In this document: positions 35,913-58,137 of the stretch, piece by piece
How the letters are laid out: every line of letters begins with the position of its first letter
Numbering within the stretch: the first letter of the stretch is position 1
Source of the DNA: the human T2T-CHM13v2.0 reference genome, Homo sapiens
Strand: one strand, 5' to 3'
NCBI RefSeq assembly: GCF_009914755.1
Contig: NC_060925.1
DNA: 64,000 nt
Made by a program: the position numbers and the translations under genes
The notes under the pieces: generated by a model
What the model was told of the DNA's origin: nothing
What the model saw: the letters and a program-made list of their open reading frames with translations, nothing else
Database searches by the model: none

Positions 35913-37102
35913 TGAGTAGCTAGAATTACAGGCACACACCACCACGCCCAGCTAATTTTTGTATTTTTAGTAGAGACGGGGTTTCACCATGTTGGCCAGG
36001 ATGGTCTCAAACTCCTGACCTCAGGTGATTGGCCCGCCTTGGCCTCCCAAAGTGTTGGGATTACAGGCGTAAGCCACCATGCCTGGCCGGCTATGACATC
36101 TTAAGAAAGCTGCATGGAAGAGTTGGAATATGCATTGGATCTTGCAAGATGGGTAGGATTTTTACAGGAAAGAGCTCCAAAGAGAGGCAATTCAGGCAGA
36201 GTGAATGTTAGAAATAAAGGGAAGTAGGAATGTAAGGAACCCAGTGGGCAGGGCAGTCAGTCAGTTGAGTGCAGGTGAAGGGTACACTCAGGGTAATGAT
36301 GAGAAGTAGTAATTTCTTACCTGGCTCTGAGGTCTACACTTGCTAACTGCAAAAAGCATGGAAAACCTAGGTGAGAACCTGGCTTTCTAGCCTGTCAGCA
36401 TGTGAAGATGCTACTCTAGACTGCTGCTTGGGTCATGTGCCTTGGATTAGGGGGAAATGCAGGAGAGGTTGCTTGGGACCAGGGGACCAAACATGCAGAA
36501 TACAGGGCTGACACTCAAGCTTTGACAATGAAGTGTTTACTACATTGTGGATTCCTGAGCATCAGCTGTCATATAAAATGCCAGAACATGAGAAAGATGG
36601 GCAGGAGCTTTCTCTGAATAGTCTCGCCTACACCTTCTCCAAGGTGGTCCTATTAGCATCCCTCAAGCCCTGAAGACCTTGGGCAGGTGTCCAGAAAGCC
36701 TCAGCAAGCTTTCAAGCCTCAGCAGCCCACCACTGCTGGCAGAGACAAGCACATAACGAATATGAGAAACTCCCTTCTGAACAATTTTATGCTCCTACCC
36801 TGCCACTTAGCCAAGACATAATAGCAGCAGGGTAATCAAGTCTCACTTGACTGCAATTTAATTACCTTTCCCAGGTTTGCCGTAAGTAATTAAAATTAAG
36901 TGACCCCAAAATAATGGGAAAAAGTTCATATGGGATGTAGGATGTCTGATCTTATCAGCAGGAACTCATTCGCAGGATTGGGTAATTGCTAATGGCCTTC
37001 CCAGTCATTAGCCTTGTGTGGGCTGTCTATAGCTTTACCTCAACTTTTTTATTTTAAAAAAAAGAAGTAGCCAGCCTAGGCAACACAGAGATTCTGTCTC
37101 TA

Positions 37103-37700
<598 letters not shown>

Positions 37701-38267
37701 TCATATCAATTAGGACACTAACACTGGATTTTTTTTTTTTTTTTGAGACAGGATTTTGCCATGTTACCCAGACTGTCTTGAACTCCTGAGCTCAGGCAAT
37801 CTGCCCACCTCAGCCTCCCAAAGTGCTGGGATTACAGGTTGCAGGTGTGACCCACTGTGTCCGGCCCTGCCCACCCACAGAAGGGCAGGGAAAGGTTGCT
37901 AATTAGAGCATATGGGGAAAATTATGCCATTGTCTTCCTTGGAAGGTCTGAGAGAAGGGAAGCTACAAAGCTCATGAGTTACCTGGAACCAGGTGATCAA
38001 ATGGATGAAGGCAAGTGTAGTTCTGGTTTAAGAGAATGGTGATGTCTGTCAGTCTTATCCAGGAGTCTGGAAGAGGACATGGCGTAGCAGGGGTGCAACA
38101 AGAAAAATGTCTGGAATGCTACATTTATTCATCTATAAAAATTCAGGAGTTCAGCTGGATGACTTCTAAGGCCTCATCTCACACTAGCATTCCAGACTCA
38201 GTGCTGGAGCCAGACCATGAGGAATCATGAAGTTCCAATTTCTTCTAAAGGTAAGAGGGAGCTTTCA

Positions 38268-38789
<522 letters not shown>

Positions 38790-38798
38790 TTATAATGA

Positions 38799-39020
<222 letters not shown>

Positions 39021-39402
39021 TAATTAAAGTGACAGACCTAGGATTCAGTTTGGCAGTCTGACTCAAAGCTCATGTTCTAATTCATAAGAACAATGGGGGA
39101 AGGGTAAATATAGAAGACGAAGAATGATGAAGACAGGAAAAATAAGTTGGAGAACACCACAATATGGTGGTGTAGTGGCTCATGCCTGTAATCTCAGCAC
39201 TTTAGGAGGCACTCAGGAATTCAAGCCTGGGTAACATAGTGAGACCTCGTCTCTACTAAAAATATAGTGGCACATGCCTGTGGTCCCAGCTACTCAGGAG
39301 GCTGAGGTGAGCGGATCACCTAAGCCCAGGGTGTTGAGGCTGCGGTGAGCCATGATAACATCACTGCACTCCAGCCCAGGGGACAAAGAGAGACCCCGTC
39401 TC

Positions 39403-39407
<5 letters not shown>

Positions 39408-39436
<29 letters not shown>
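39408..39436. repeat. (GA)n microsatellite in an Alu tail
   Basis: Direct reading. Confidence 0.95.
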
Positions 39437-39440
<4 letters not shown>

Positions 39441-39775
39441 CACACGAATGATTTGGGAAAGAGACAAAGACTTTATCTCTGGGTCTGACCTCTTTTCCTA
39501 AGCTCTAACCACAAACTGAATACCAGACATCTCCACATACTTGATGCCCTACAGGCACTTCCTACCTCTTGTGCCCTACACAGACCTTGTCTCCCACAAA
39601 TCTGTCCCTCCTTCCTCATCTCAGTGAGTGCACCACCATCCACTCTTTCCGTAACTGGAAACCTGGGCTTCACCTGTCAACTCTCCTCTCCCTTACCCCA
39701 CATGTCCCCTTCTTGCTCATTCCTTGTCAGTCTCCTTAGATTCCTTTTCTTATGTCTAAAATTGCTTGCTGTTAG

Positions 39776-40366
<591 letters not shown>

Positions 40367-42184
40367 TAGCACACCAGAAATCTCATTGCTCAAGCAACAA
40401 ATCTGTTTTTTTCCTTAATTTCTCTTTGACCTCATATATCTAGGCAGACACATGTTTTATAGTTTTTAATCACCTTATTGTCTGTCTTCTCCATCTCTAC
40501 TGCTATTTATTGCCTTAGTTTAGGACCTCTTCTATTTTACCAGAATTATTTCAATGGCCTTCCTGCCTCCATGTTTACCCTGTTCAGGCCAACCTTCCTA
40601 ATGTAGCCCAAATAATCTTCCTGAAATGCTAATTTAATCATGCTGCTCTTTTGCTTTAAGCTCTTAAATTACCATTACCTATCAAACGCCTCAGGGAACA
40701 ATCCATTACTTGGCCCTTGTCCATCTGCATGTATAGCCTTGTCTCTTGTATCCATCCCTCTCTGATTTATATTCTGGTCATGGTGAATTGTTTGTCATTC
40801 TTTCATATAACAAATATTTATTGAGTTCCTGTAGGCCCTCAGGATATAAAAGTGAACAAGAGAGATAAGGCACTTACATTCTGAAACTAATGTTTTACTT
40901 GTGAGAGACAAGTAAAGATAAGACTAAATAGTGATGGTGTTATGAGGGAAATGAAACAGGTTGATGTGATGGTGGTTAGTGGGACAGATTATTTCCAATA
41001 GGGTAGTTGGGGAAGGTTCCTCTGAAGAGGTGACATTTGAGCTAAGATCAAAATAGGGAGATGTTTCTGGAATAAGATATGCTCTTTCATACTTCACAAT
41101 CTTTTTTTTTTTTTTTTTTTTTGAGATAGGGTCTCACTCTGTCACCTAGGCTGGAGTGCAGTGGCATGATCATTGCTTGCTGCAACCTCCACTTCCTGGG
41201 CTCAGTTGATCCTCCCACCTCAGGGGTTACAGGTGCACACCACCATGCTCAACTAATTCTTGTATATGTATGTATTTTAAGGCAGGCTCTCACTCTGTTA
41301 CCCAGGCTGCAGTGTAGTAGCACAATCTTGGCTCACTGCAGCCTTGACATACCAGACTCAGTCGGTCCTCCCATCTCAGCCTTCTGAGTAGCTGAGACTA
41401 CTGATGTATGCCACCACTCCAGGCTAATTTTTGTAGTTTTTGTAGAGATGTGGTTTCGTCATGTTGCCCAGGCTGGTCTCAAACTCCTGGGCTCAAGTAA
41501 TCTGCCCACCTCGACCTTCCAAAGTGCCGGGACTATGGATATGAGCCAATGTGGCTGGCCACTTCACTTTTTATGTATCTAGAATACCTCTGGCCAGGTG
41601 CAGTGGCTCATGCCTGTAATCCCAGCACTTTGGGAGGCTGAGGTGGGAGGACTGCTTGAGGCCAGGAGTTCAAGACCAGCCTGGGCAACACAGTAAAATC
41701 CCCATCTCTATAAAATTTTTTAAAAAAATTAGCTGGGCCTGGTGGTGTGCGCCTGTAGTCCTAGCTACCTGAGAAGCTGAGGCAGGAGGACTGTTGGAGC
41801 TCAGGAGTTTGAGGTTGTAGTGAGCTATGATCATGCCACTGTACTCCAGCCTGGGCAACAGAGGGAAACCCTGTCTTGAAAAAAAACAAAAAAACACTAC
41901 CCCCAAAACCACTCCTTTCTCCAGCTCAGGTGGCTCTACTCATTTTCCAAGATTCAGCTCAAGGGTCATTTCCTTAAGCCTTTCCTGACCCTTTCCTCCC
42001 TTCTGACCTTACAGATCTCTACCATAGCACCTATCACTTCTTACTGCACATAGTATAAATTCCTTGAGGGAAGAGATTAAGACTTATGTCGTTTTGTTTC
42101 TTTCACTGCCTAGCACAATCTTAATCAGAGAGTGGGTCTGTTAGTATCTGATAAATCAGTGAAATGCTTGAGAGGGGTCTCTAT

Positions 42185-42379
42185 TAGTGGTGTGCTGACG
42201 CTGGCTTGTTTTAGCTTGGGAGAGGCAATTATTAGCATCTCTTCTCAACTCAGCGTTAGGTGATATCATTGGCTATAGTGGAATAATTTACACCACAGAA
42301 ATTAGCAAATGTTTCGAATTATGTCGCTTATTTTTTCCTTTGGAGGGCTGGTTGTCAACAATTTATCAGCATACCACTG
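42185..42379. mobile_element. hAT-Charlie MITE (MER112-like)
   Basis: TIRs (T)AGTGGTGTGCTGA ... TCAGCATACCACTG. Confidence 0.55.
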
Positions 42380-42812
42380 GTAGCAGCGTACCACAAAACT
42401 CTGGATATTTTTGGCCAACTGATATTAGTAGTTTAAAGCAAATACTTCTGAAGATTTTGTTATGAAAATCAGCAGTCCCCTGCAACCCCTATTCCTCATT
42501 TCCCTCTTCCCAGAGGCAACTCTTTTAATTCTTTCTGCTGAGTAATTTGGTATTACTTCCATGCCTCTAGGTATTAACATAATTGTATTACTAGTTCTTT
42601 ATTTTTCAGCTTTAGGCATTATCAATTGGCTTTCTACAGTGAAAAATGAGAATTTAGCTCTCCTTTCTCCCTTACCCCCATTTCCCTTTCCATCTTTCAT
42701 CCTTTCAATAGAGTTATAGCATAACTTTGGCCAGTAGTCAGGTTTATTATGACTATGTAAATTCTATTTTGTAGCTGATCCATAGCAAACTATGGTCTTT
42801 TCATTTCTTATA

Positions 42813-43377
<565 letters not shown>

Positions 43378-43689
43378 TACAACTTCTTCATTTTCCCAGA
43401 GTTAATAACAGTCTTGTTTTTGTTAAATAGTGTTGTTTTTTCTATGTTATCCCCGATTCAACTTCAAACTTTTAGCCAGTTGCCTAAATCGACTTTCAAA
43501 TGTTTGTATGTATCTGGTATTTTATCAGTTGCATCTTGCTGAATAAATCTTTCCTGGATTCTTTGGTTTTGTTCCAGTTTGGATTAACTAATCCCTTTAT
43601 GCCCCATTTAGAGCTGTCATTCTTATCTCTGTTCACTGTTATCCCATGGATTCTTTTTGCCCTTTTTCTGAGTTGAATCTCTTGTTTCT

Positions 43690-44181
<492 letters not shown>

Positions 44182-44370
44182 TCAGTATTTCTCAGGGCCA
44201 CAAGGTCATACAACACCTCTGAGACCAACTCAAACCTATTTGAAGCATGGGCCCTCCTCCCTTGCCAAGAAAACAAAATAAAACAACAGACACATATACA
44301 CACTCATGCACTTGTGTATACAGATGTGCTCTCTTAAAGAGTGTGCTCAAATCAGAGTTAGAAGGGGGAC

Positions 44371-44616
44371 AGATTGTGCCACTGCACTCCAGCCTGGGCA
44401 ACAGAGTGAGACTCTGTCTCAAAAAAAAAGAAAAAGAAAATTGGGACTGACTCCTGAAGAAAACTTGGCTCAGGAATCTGTAGGACCCATACCAGATAAA
44501 ACCTCAGGTGAGCCTCTACCTGGATTGGTTACAGATCCAAGGGAGTCCCAAGCCAGAGAGCTTATGAGAATCATAGGTAGTCCCACATTTACCCATGACT
44601 AGAGTCTTTCAGGCTG
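44371..44616 (+). repeat. Inverted duplication arm A
   Basis: Reverse complement of 47713-47958, ~95% identical by manual alignment. Confidence 0.92.
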
Positions 44617-44771
44617 AGATTGAGAGCTCCTGTGTCTGAGTCCCAACACTATAATGGACCCTTCCTTACAAGGTCATTACTTGCCCAGGCAGTCTTGTTG
44701 AGTGAGATTTTATTCTCAGAACCCACTGTGATTTCCCTGGGGCTGATGAGGTTCAGGACTTAAAGGCCTCA

Positions 44772-46848
<2,077 letters not shown>

Positions 46849-47598
46849 AACACCTTAGGTAGAACCCAGTGCTCAATCAGAGATACAGGGAGTTCTCAGC
46901 CATAGCTTCCTGTCTGAGTGAGGGGGAGCAGGAGGCTGCTGCATTCCCCCTAGGACCAAGATTATTTATGCAGCAGCTTCTAGATGGCCTTATTGTCAGT
47001 CTCTTAGCTTTGAATGCTCCTCCTTGAAAGTAATGCCATGTCCCTTGGCTGGGAGGCACTGAGACCAGTCTTTGAGATACCCACATACCACCTCTTGGGA
47101 AAGGAGGCCTGATCAGGTCAAGGAACACCCCGCATCCTGATCATAAGCATCCTGGGTTCCTGGTCACCTCCTGGACCACTGTGACCACGCATGAGGTGAG
47201 GATGAGATCCATTTTAGACAAATTCGAAATCAAGGACAGACCCTGAGAAGGCATCTATCCCCCAGCCAAAAGAAAACATGAAGGGGAAGTTCACACTATT
47301 CCCTCTCCAGTGTGAGAAACCTGGAAAGGTTAGAGGTATGGGGGGCTTTGGCTACCAGTCTATTAGGAAGGCACAGGTAGTGCGCCTGTCTATGATTCTC
47401 CAGCATAGACAGAATGCTGGTCAGAGCACTGTGCGTGGCAGCCACACTAGCTGACGGAGGCCTTGTCAGCACGGCTACACTGGAATGTGAAGGCTAATTC
47501 CAAGCCCCCAGCCCTAGGTTCTCTTCTTCCACACTCCACCCAAGGCCCTTCAGGCCCGTCTGCTGCATAGTCCCTGTTGGCACTTCAAAGGATACTTT

Positions 47599-47683
47599 TC
47601 CCAGCATGCTCACTCGAGAGCAGGGTCCCTCTTTCATGATGTGGACACAGCGGTGCACCTGTGATCTGGACAAGTCTTCCCAC
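47599..47683 (-). pseudogene. Duplicated fragment of EIF2B3 exon 8 within intron 8
   Basis: Ungapped match to 49470-49554 with 7 mismatches in 85 nt. Confidence 0.92.
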
Positions 47684-47712
47684 TCAGGTTATCCATGAAC
47701 ATCTTTCCAGAC

Positions 47713-48302
<590 letters not shown>

Positions 48303-48354
48303 TAATCTTTTCATTATCTCACCTCTGTTATCCTTGAATGCCACCCCAATGTAG

Positions 48355-48570
<216 letters not shown>

Positions 48571-49436
48571 TAGAGACAGGATTTTGCCATGTTGCCCAGG
48601 CTGGTCTCGAACTCCTGGACTCAAGCGATCCACCTGCCTCGGCCTCCCAAATTGCTAGGATTATAGGCGTAAGACACCGTGCCCGGACTCTTTTCTTATT
48701 CTCATCTAAACCCTTTACTGCTCTGCATTTCCTTTTCCTAGTCTTATTATTCCTCCCTCCCAAAACCTTCCTCCTGGGCCTACTATACAATACAGAGTTC
48801 CTTTATACCTTCAGCCTCTTTACTGTCCCCCTCTCCACCCCCTGCCTTCATTAAGGCCTGGCTTATCTTTGAGGACACTGCTTCTCCTTCAGTGGAAGCT
48901 ATTTGTTCCCCATATCTCACAAACTTCAAGGTTAAAAGGAGGGGCTAGCAAGAGACTCCTCATTAATGCTGTTTGCAGACAATTCTCTCTCAAAGTCATT
49001 CCTTTCCTGAGGCTTTGCCATCTGGCCACTCTATACTCTGCTCCTTCACCTTCTCAGGGAAGCCTCCTCTGTATGCCTATGTTTACTTCATCAGAGTAAT
49101 GATTACAGAGTATTTACCTGCTTATTATGAAGTAAGTACTGCAGATATCCCCATGCTGAACAGAACAGGAGGAACCTGCTGACCCAAAGGCCAGAAGTTA
49201 GCCTTCCTGAAGATCTTAGCCTTTCCCTGGAGCCATAGAGGCCCTGACTATGGACCAGGCCCCCTGCTTCCCTTTTTGCTGCACCTGAGTACCCTAGTAG
49301 TCTCCCTTGACGTGCCAGGTCTTGCTCAACCTTGGGAATGACAGGGATTCTTAACAAGTTACTATGTACCTAATGAAGAAACAGACAAGTGGCTCAGTCT
49401 GTTTCTAGGACAAGAGCCCCATGATTTTCTAACTCA

Positions 49437-49775
<339 letters not shown>

Positions 49776-50308
49776 TCAAGGGATCCTCCCACCTCAGCTT
49801 CCTGAGCAGCTGGGACTACAGGTGTGCACCACCATGCTTGGCTCTAAGTTTTAAAAGAGATTACAGCTCACACTTCTTCCTTTGAAACTCACCCACAAAA
49901 CATGAACCCTGAGGAAATCCCACTAAAATCTGTAAGAGAAAGTCAAACTAAAAGAGGAAATGTACTTCCCTAAAATATCATATGATATAAAAATGCTTAA
50001 TACGAGGTCCTAAAAGCATGTGACCGGTAATCAAGACCACTAGGGAAAATAAAACAGATGACCCTTGTAAATCATGAAATAACACAAGCCAGCATCCAGG
50101 CTTTAGTGGCCAGCCAGGTTGACTTTGTGCTGCTAGTCTCTATTACCATATCTGGTAGCTGTGCTATGACAGAAAGTACAGAACTTGGAGCCCAGAGTAC
50201 CAGGGCTCTAGTTTTTCAGCTCTTACAACGATCCTTTGAGATCTTTTACTTTCTCATAAAAAAACTGGGGCTCAGAGGACTGAGTAACCTGCCTCAAGAC
50301 ACAATGCT

Positions 50309-50609
50309 GGCCGGGCACGGTGGCTCATGCCTGTAATCCCAGCACTTTGGGAGGCCGAGGCGGGTGGATCATGAGGTCAGGAGATCGATACCATCCTGGC
50401 TAACACAGAGAAACCCCGTCTCTACTAAAAATACAAAAATTAGCCGGGCGTGGTGGCGTGTGCCTGTAGTCCTAGCTGCTGGGGAGGCTGAGGCAGGAGA
50501 ATGGCGTGAACCCGGGAGGCGGAGCTTGCAGTGAGCCGAGATTGCGCCACTGCCCTCCAGCCTGGGCGACAGAGGGAGACTCCGTCTCAAAAAAATAAAA
50601 AAAAAAAAA
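50309..50609 (+). mobile_element. AluY
   Basis: AluY diagnostics; TSD AAGACACAATGCT. Confidence 0.9.
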
Positions 50610-51168
50610 GACACAATGCTAGTAAGAGGCAGTCAGATTTCAAATCCAGAACTGTCTGATGCCCAGTTCTACAGTCCTAATCATCATGCTGTACTGTCAG
50701 TGTATTCATTTGATAAATACTTTTTCAGAATATCTACTATGAGTCCACGACTGGGCCGGGGATTAGGGATATGACAGCAAACAAGACAGATCCGATCTTC
50801 AGATCCTGGCACGGAGACACCTGGGTTGGCCTGTGGTTGGACTGCAATTGTACATTCCTTCACTTTCCTTCCCTTGATAAAAGAGGTTGAGTTTAATCAG
50901 GAACGGGGCTGCCTAGAGCCTAGAGAACAGGGGAACTAAGAAGTGGCAGGTGGAGTTTAAAGGCAAAATGGTCTAGTGAGGAACACAGCCAAACCAGAGC
51001 TATGAATCAGAGAATGGGGCTGGAGGCATGATTAGCCTGTTGCCGAGAGCACAGTGGCAGAATCTGCCTGAGCAAGCTTACCCAGAGCTCAGTGGGTTGG
51101 CAAGCCTGTCTTGCCTCGTAGGCTAGAAATAGTCTGCTGCCTTGAGTCAGGCATCTTGGGCTGGGCTA

Positions 51169-51423
<255 letters not shown>

Positions 51424-51925
51424 TCAAAAGCTCTGTGCATACAAGGAAAAGCCAAATCCTTTCCTGTCATGGCACCTTGGGACTGTCAGAGATCAAATGT
51501 GGCATTGACTTGGCAGTTCGGAGAAGCAGAGTGCTTCCTGGTGGGTACTGAGACAGGATGTTGGGTCTAAGTGATCAGGAATCTGTACTAGGGGAAGAAG
51601 GGACCTGATCTTTAGTTCAGTGTGTGTTTTTTATTTATGTTTTTATTTATACTTAGCAATGGAAAGCAGAGAGATGAGAAACTAGCACATGTTTTTCAGT
51701 GTTCTCTCACACTGTGACCTTATTAGAATTTTATATTGCTAATTAATTTATGTAGCATTTACCAAGCATATGCGAGTTACTGTGCTAGGCCTTGGAAATA
51801 CATCATTTCTGACTTCAAGGAATTCATAATCCAATGGACAGTAGCCTGTATGAGTTTAAGAGGAAAAGCAGAAGGTTAAGCTAATCAGGTAGGCAAGGGG
51901 GCCAGATCACGAAAGCTTTTTGTGG

Positions 51926-53434
<1,509 letters not shown>

Positions 53435-53474
53435 GTAGCAGTCTAGAAAGTCTGGACTGAGAAGCCAGTGGTAA

Positions 53475-53819
<345 letters not shown>

Positions 53820-55377
53820 TAAGGTAATTCTGGTAGCAATGTGGAAGAAAGCCTGGAATAAGGAAACTGAAGAAAGGGAGACCAGTTACAATATTCTGAG
53901 AGATGAGATAATGAGGCCTGAGAGAGGGGTGAAAGTATGGGCAGCTCTATAAACCTGACTTGCTGCATACTTCCCACCACCTCTACCAGCCCCCATTCAA
54001 AGCTCTGCATGCTGACACAAAACCAAACAGATGGAGTGTAGGTAGAAAGGAAGGCAAGACAGAGGCAGAGGCTGAGGAGGGTAAGGAAAACTATGAACCC
54101 TGGAGCTACACAGTTCATAGTTTCTGCAATTTTTAAAGAATCAATTTTGAAAAATTCTGTGTTAAGCTGTGAGCTCTTGTATTGAATTTCAATGTGATTT
54201 TTCTCCTGATCCTTTGATGAAGATTTAAAAATTTCCATGTGAATACAAAGAATGAAGCAACACTTACTCTTAGCTCTTTTTCTCCCCTTTTAATGCTTCA
54301 AACCAGTGTAGGCAGCAAATGTTCCTCCTCCATTGGAAAACAAGTCAGTTCCCTTTGAAGAAGTGACAAAGCACGGACAGCTAGGGGATTTCAGGGCCAT
54401 GATATTTACATTACAGACCAAAAAGAACTGTCACTGCAAGAGGCAAGCAGACGAGCCTTGGCACATGGCCCCATCAGGCAGAACCTTCGAGAGGATCCAT
54501 GATTTGAAGAGAGGCTATGAAACAGCCCTGCCAGGTCCCACCCACCTCTGCTGGAGCTCAACATTAGGTCAATCCCCATGATGCAGTTGACTTAGAAACA
54601 TAATGAAGGAAACAATTACTCTTCCTGCTTCCTAGTTAAAGTGCAGGCAGCTCAGAGCTGTGCCAAGAAATGTTACAAAGCTACAGTGAACCATTGTGAA
54701 CATCCTGGGCCTAGGCCACTTGCTGGATACAGTGCCCTGGTCAACCTTACTTTCTCCTTTCCCTCTTATACACAGCCTTCCTAGAAACACCTGTCTTATC
54801 TCATGAAATCATAAGCTCTTCTCAAGCAATCACAAAGGAGAACAATAGACTTGACTACTAGCAAACAATCCCACCAAATAAAAAGACAAAATAATTGCTA
54901 TGAATAGGGCAAAGAATATTCTTAATAAACAGATATGTGTTAAAAAAACATATAAAATATTTTCAAAGAAGTAAAAAACTAAAATAAGATGCAATTTCTC
55001 CTCCAACTAAATTAACTGATTCAAAACAATTTTCATTACTGATAAGAGTGCTTTGAGAACCGTTACTGTCACATAATGGGAGTCAGAGTATAAACTGATA
55101 AAATCTCTGAAAAATAATTGGCAACATTATAGCAAAAGACTTGAAGATATTCATATAATTTCACCCTGTAATTCCATTTCTATAAGTCTATCCTAAGGAA
55201 AATATATTACTCAGTAAATATTTGCTGAATAGATGAAATCATCAGATTATAAACAAGAATCTTTCAAAAAAAGGTATTCCCGTTATTTATAAAAATGGAG
55301 AACAATAAAATATTCAACAATGATAGATCAAAATACCTCTATAACAGAATGTCATATAGGCAAAACTGTGACTGTAA

Positions 55378-55491
<114 letters not shown>

Positions 55492-55720
55492 TAGCTAGGA
55501 TTACAGGTGCCTGACACCACGCTTGGCTAATTTTTTTTTTTTTTTTTTTGTATTTTTAGTAGAGATGGGGTTTCACCATGTTGGTCAGGCTGGTCTTGAA
55601 CTCCTGACCTCGTGATCCGCCCACCTCAGCCTCCCAAAGTGCTGGGATTACAGGCGTAAGCTACCGTGCCTGGCCAAGAATTCTTTAATGATAGAATAAA
55701 ATGCTTATAACACTCAATGA

Positions 55721-55951
<231 letters not shown>

Positions 55952-56131
55952 TGACCTGCCTCAGCCTCCCAAAGTGCTGGGATTACAGGCGTTAGCCACT
56001 GTGCCCGACCCCGATTATTTTTAAAGTGTGATTTCAAGCATGTATTCTTACTATATATATGAAAATAAAACAATGGAAACAAATACACTAAAATGTTCAC
56101 AATAGTTATCTCACAGTAGTGGAATTATGAA

Positions 56132-56563
56132 TGTTAAAGCAAACTAAATATGGCCTGAGAAGGACTTCATACTTCTATATTTGAGTCCTTGTGGACAAAC
56201 TGCATCCTAACTTAATAGGTAGATGAGACTGAAAACCTAACTTAGGAGTATGTGCCTGTACTAATAGCTGAGAATTGGCCAATCCCAGCAGCCATAATTC
56301 AACTACTCATACACTGCTGAGTGTTCAAACCGTGTTCAAATAAGGCAAATGCCGAGCTGTAACCAATCCAGTTGTTTTTGTACCTCACTTCTGATTTCTG
56401 TACGTCACTTCCTTTTTTTGTCTAAAAATTGTCAAATGCCTCTGACCATGAGGCATCCTTGGAGTCTTTCTGAATTTGCTGTGATTCTGGGGGCTTCCTA
56501 ATTCATGAATCATTAATTGTTCAATTAAACTCCTTTAAACTTAATTCAGCTTTTCTTTCTACA
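56132..56563 (+). mobile_element. ERV1 5' LTR (MER57-like)
   Basis: TG...CA termini, start TGTTAAAGCAAACTAAATATGGCCTGAG, CCAAT boxes, ATTAAA near the 3' end, followed directly by a PBS. Confidence 0.75.
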
Positions 56564-56565
56564 GA

Positions 56566-56583
56566 TGGTGTCAGAAGTGGGAT
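56566..56583 (+). other. Retroviral primer-binding site complementary to the tRNA-Leu(CAA) 3' end
   Basis: TGGTGTCAGAAGTGGGAT, 2 nt after the LTR end; complement of ATCCCACTTCTGACACCA. Confidence 0.8.
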
Positions 56584-58101
56584 CTGAAGTAGAGCTTTAA
56601 CAACCCCAGGAGCGCTGAGTGAACAAGCAAGGTACCTGCAAGGACCCACTTATGTCCATTGATCTCTCAGAGTGACTGGGGATTGTGGGTAAGCTCTCTC
56701 TCAGATTTCAGAGCTCCAAGGATTTGTGTTTTGAGCTGTCCAAGTTTCTTTGAGCAAATTTCTGATCCAAACTAGGTTTGGAAGTCACAAGAGAAACTTG
56801 AGTGGGTCCAGGATTGGACTTGATCCAGTAATTAGCTGGCTTGGATCCAGCTAATTACTTGGCTTCTTACATCTGACTGGGTCAGAAAGAAACTGGTTGT
56901 AAATGGTAATACTGTAGGGGTTGTAAAATTTGGCTCTTGAAAATTCACAGGGATGTTTGTGTTCTACCCCTTTGTTTCATTTTTCTTGTGTGCTTAGGTA
57001 GGAAAAATCATTGGCTAAATTCATCAAGGGAACCTGAGAGCAAAGCAAATATTTTAGGTAAAAATGGGATCCTTCATTTTTGGAAAACTGAATTCCTTCC
57101 AGCTTATACATTAGCTGGTAAGCAGTGAAGTCTTACAGAAATGGCGAAATCTTACTAAAGATAACTTACAGTAGAACGTTCCGAATGAACAATGCACTGA
57201 AGTGCATTGAGACTCATCTAGGGATGCTTACTGATATGCAGACGCTTCTAAAAAGATTTCAATATTTTTATTTAAAGACTTTATGAAGGCCGGGCGCGAT
57301 GGCTCACATCTGTAATCCCAGCACTTTGGGAGGCCAAGGCGGGTGGTCAACATGGTGAAACACCATCTCTATTAAAAGTACAAAAATTAGCCAGCCATGG
57401 TGGCGCAGGCCTGTAATCCTGGCTACTCGGGGGGCTGAGGCATGCCTGAACTCGGGAGGCAGAGGTTGCAGTGAGCTGAGATGGCATTACTGCATTCCAG
57501 CCTGGGCGACAGAGCCAGACTCTGTCTCCCCCCAAAAAAAAAGACTTTATGAAAGGCACCTAAATGACTAATTGATTAAAAAATTAGATTTACTAATCTT
57601 TTAGCTTAGTTACTATCTGACCCAAAAGAAACAGTCTGCAGCACCAATTGGCTGACTTTGGATACGTAATGGGGATACATTTTACCTGAGTAAAGGATGG
57701 GATTGGGTGAGAGGCCCTCCCCTCAATAAAGTCCCTCTTGGTTAAAAATGGATACAGATGACAGGGCCCAACTGGGGGCAAGTTTGGGCCTTGCCAGTTC
57801 AATATTGGGTGCTAAGCATCCATATGGTGGCTAATGTCTATGTTTTGTCACATGTATTTTGCTACGTCCAGAATGGAAAATATTAGAATTCAGGTCCCCC
57901 ATGCAGCCGTTTGGGCGGCAACTTACAAAATTTAGAGGATTTTGCCTGTGGTTCCATGATTTTCCTTTGTGATGCAGCTTGGCCCCAGGAGCGATGGTGT
58001 GGCAAGCAGGGTCGCTAGGGCCGCTCAGGGAAGGGGAACCCAGAAACGGGACATGCCGGCAAAGGGGTAAAAATTTCTTGCCAGTCAGACTTATGGCTTC
58101 T

Positions 58102-58104
<3 letters not shown>

Positions 58105-58133
<29 letters not shown>
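58105..58133. repeat. (TC)n microsatellite
   Basis: Direct reading. Confidence 0.95.

Positions 58134-58137
<4 letters not shown>

Noticed and set aside
56566-56583. Possible tRNA gene
   Set aside because: Only an 18 nt complement to a tRNA 3' end (PBS); no cloverleaf
57340-57348. GLI-like CGGGTGGTC
   Set aside because: Imperfect and created by a deletion junction inside an Alu, far from PTCH2
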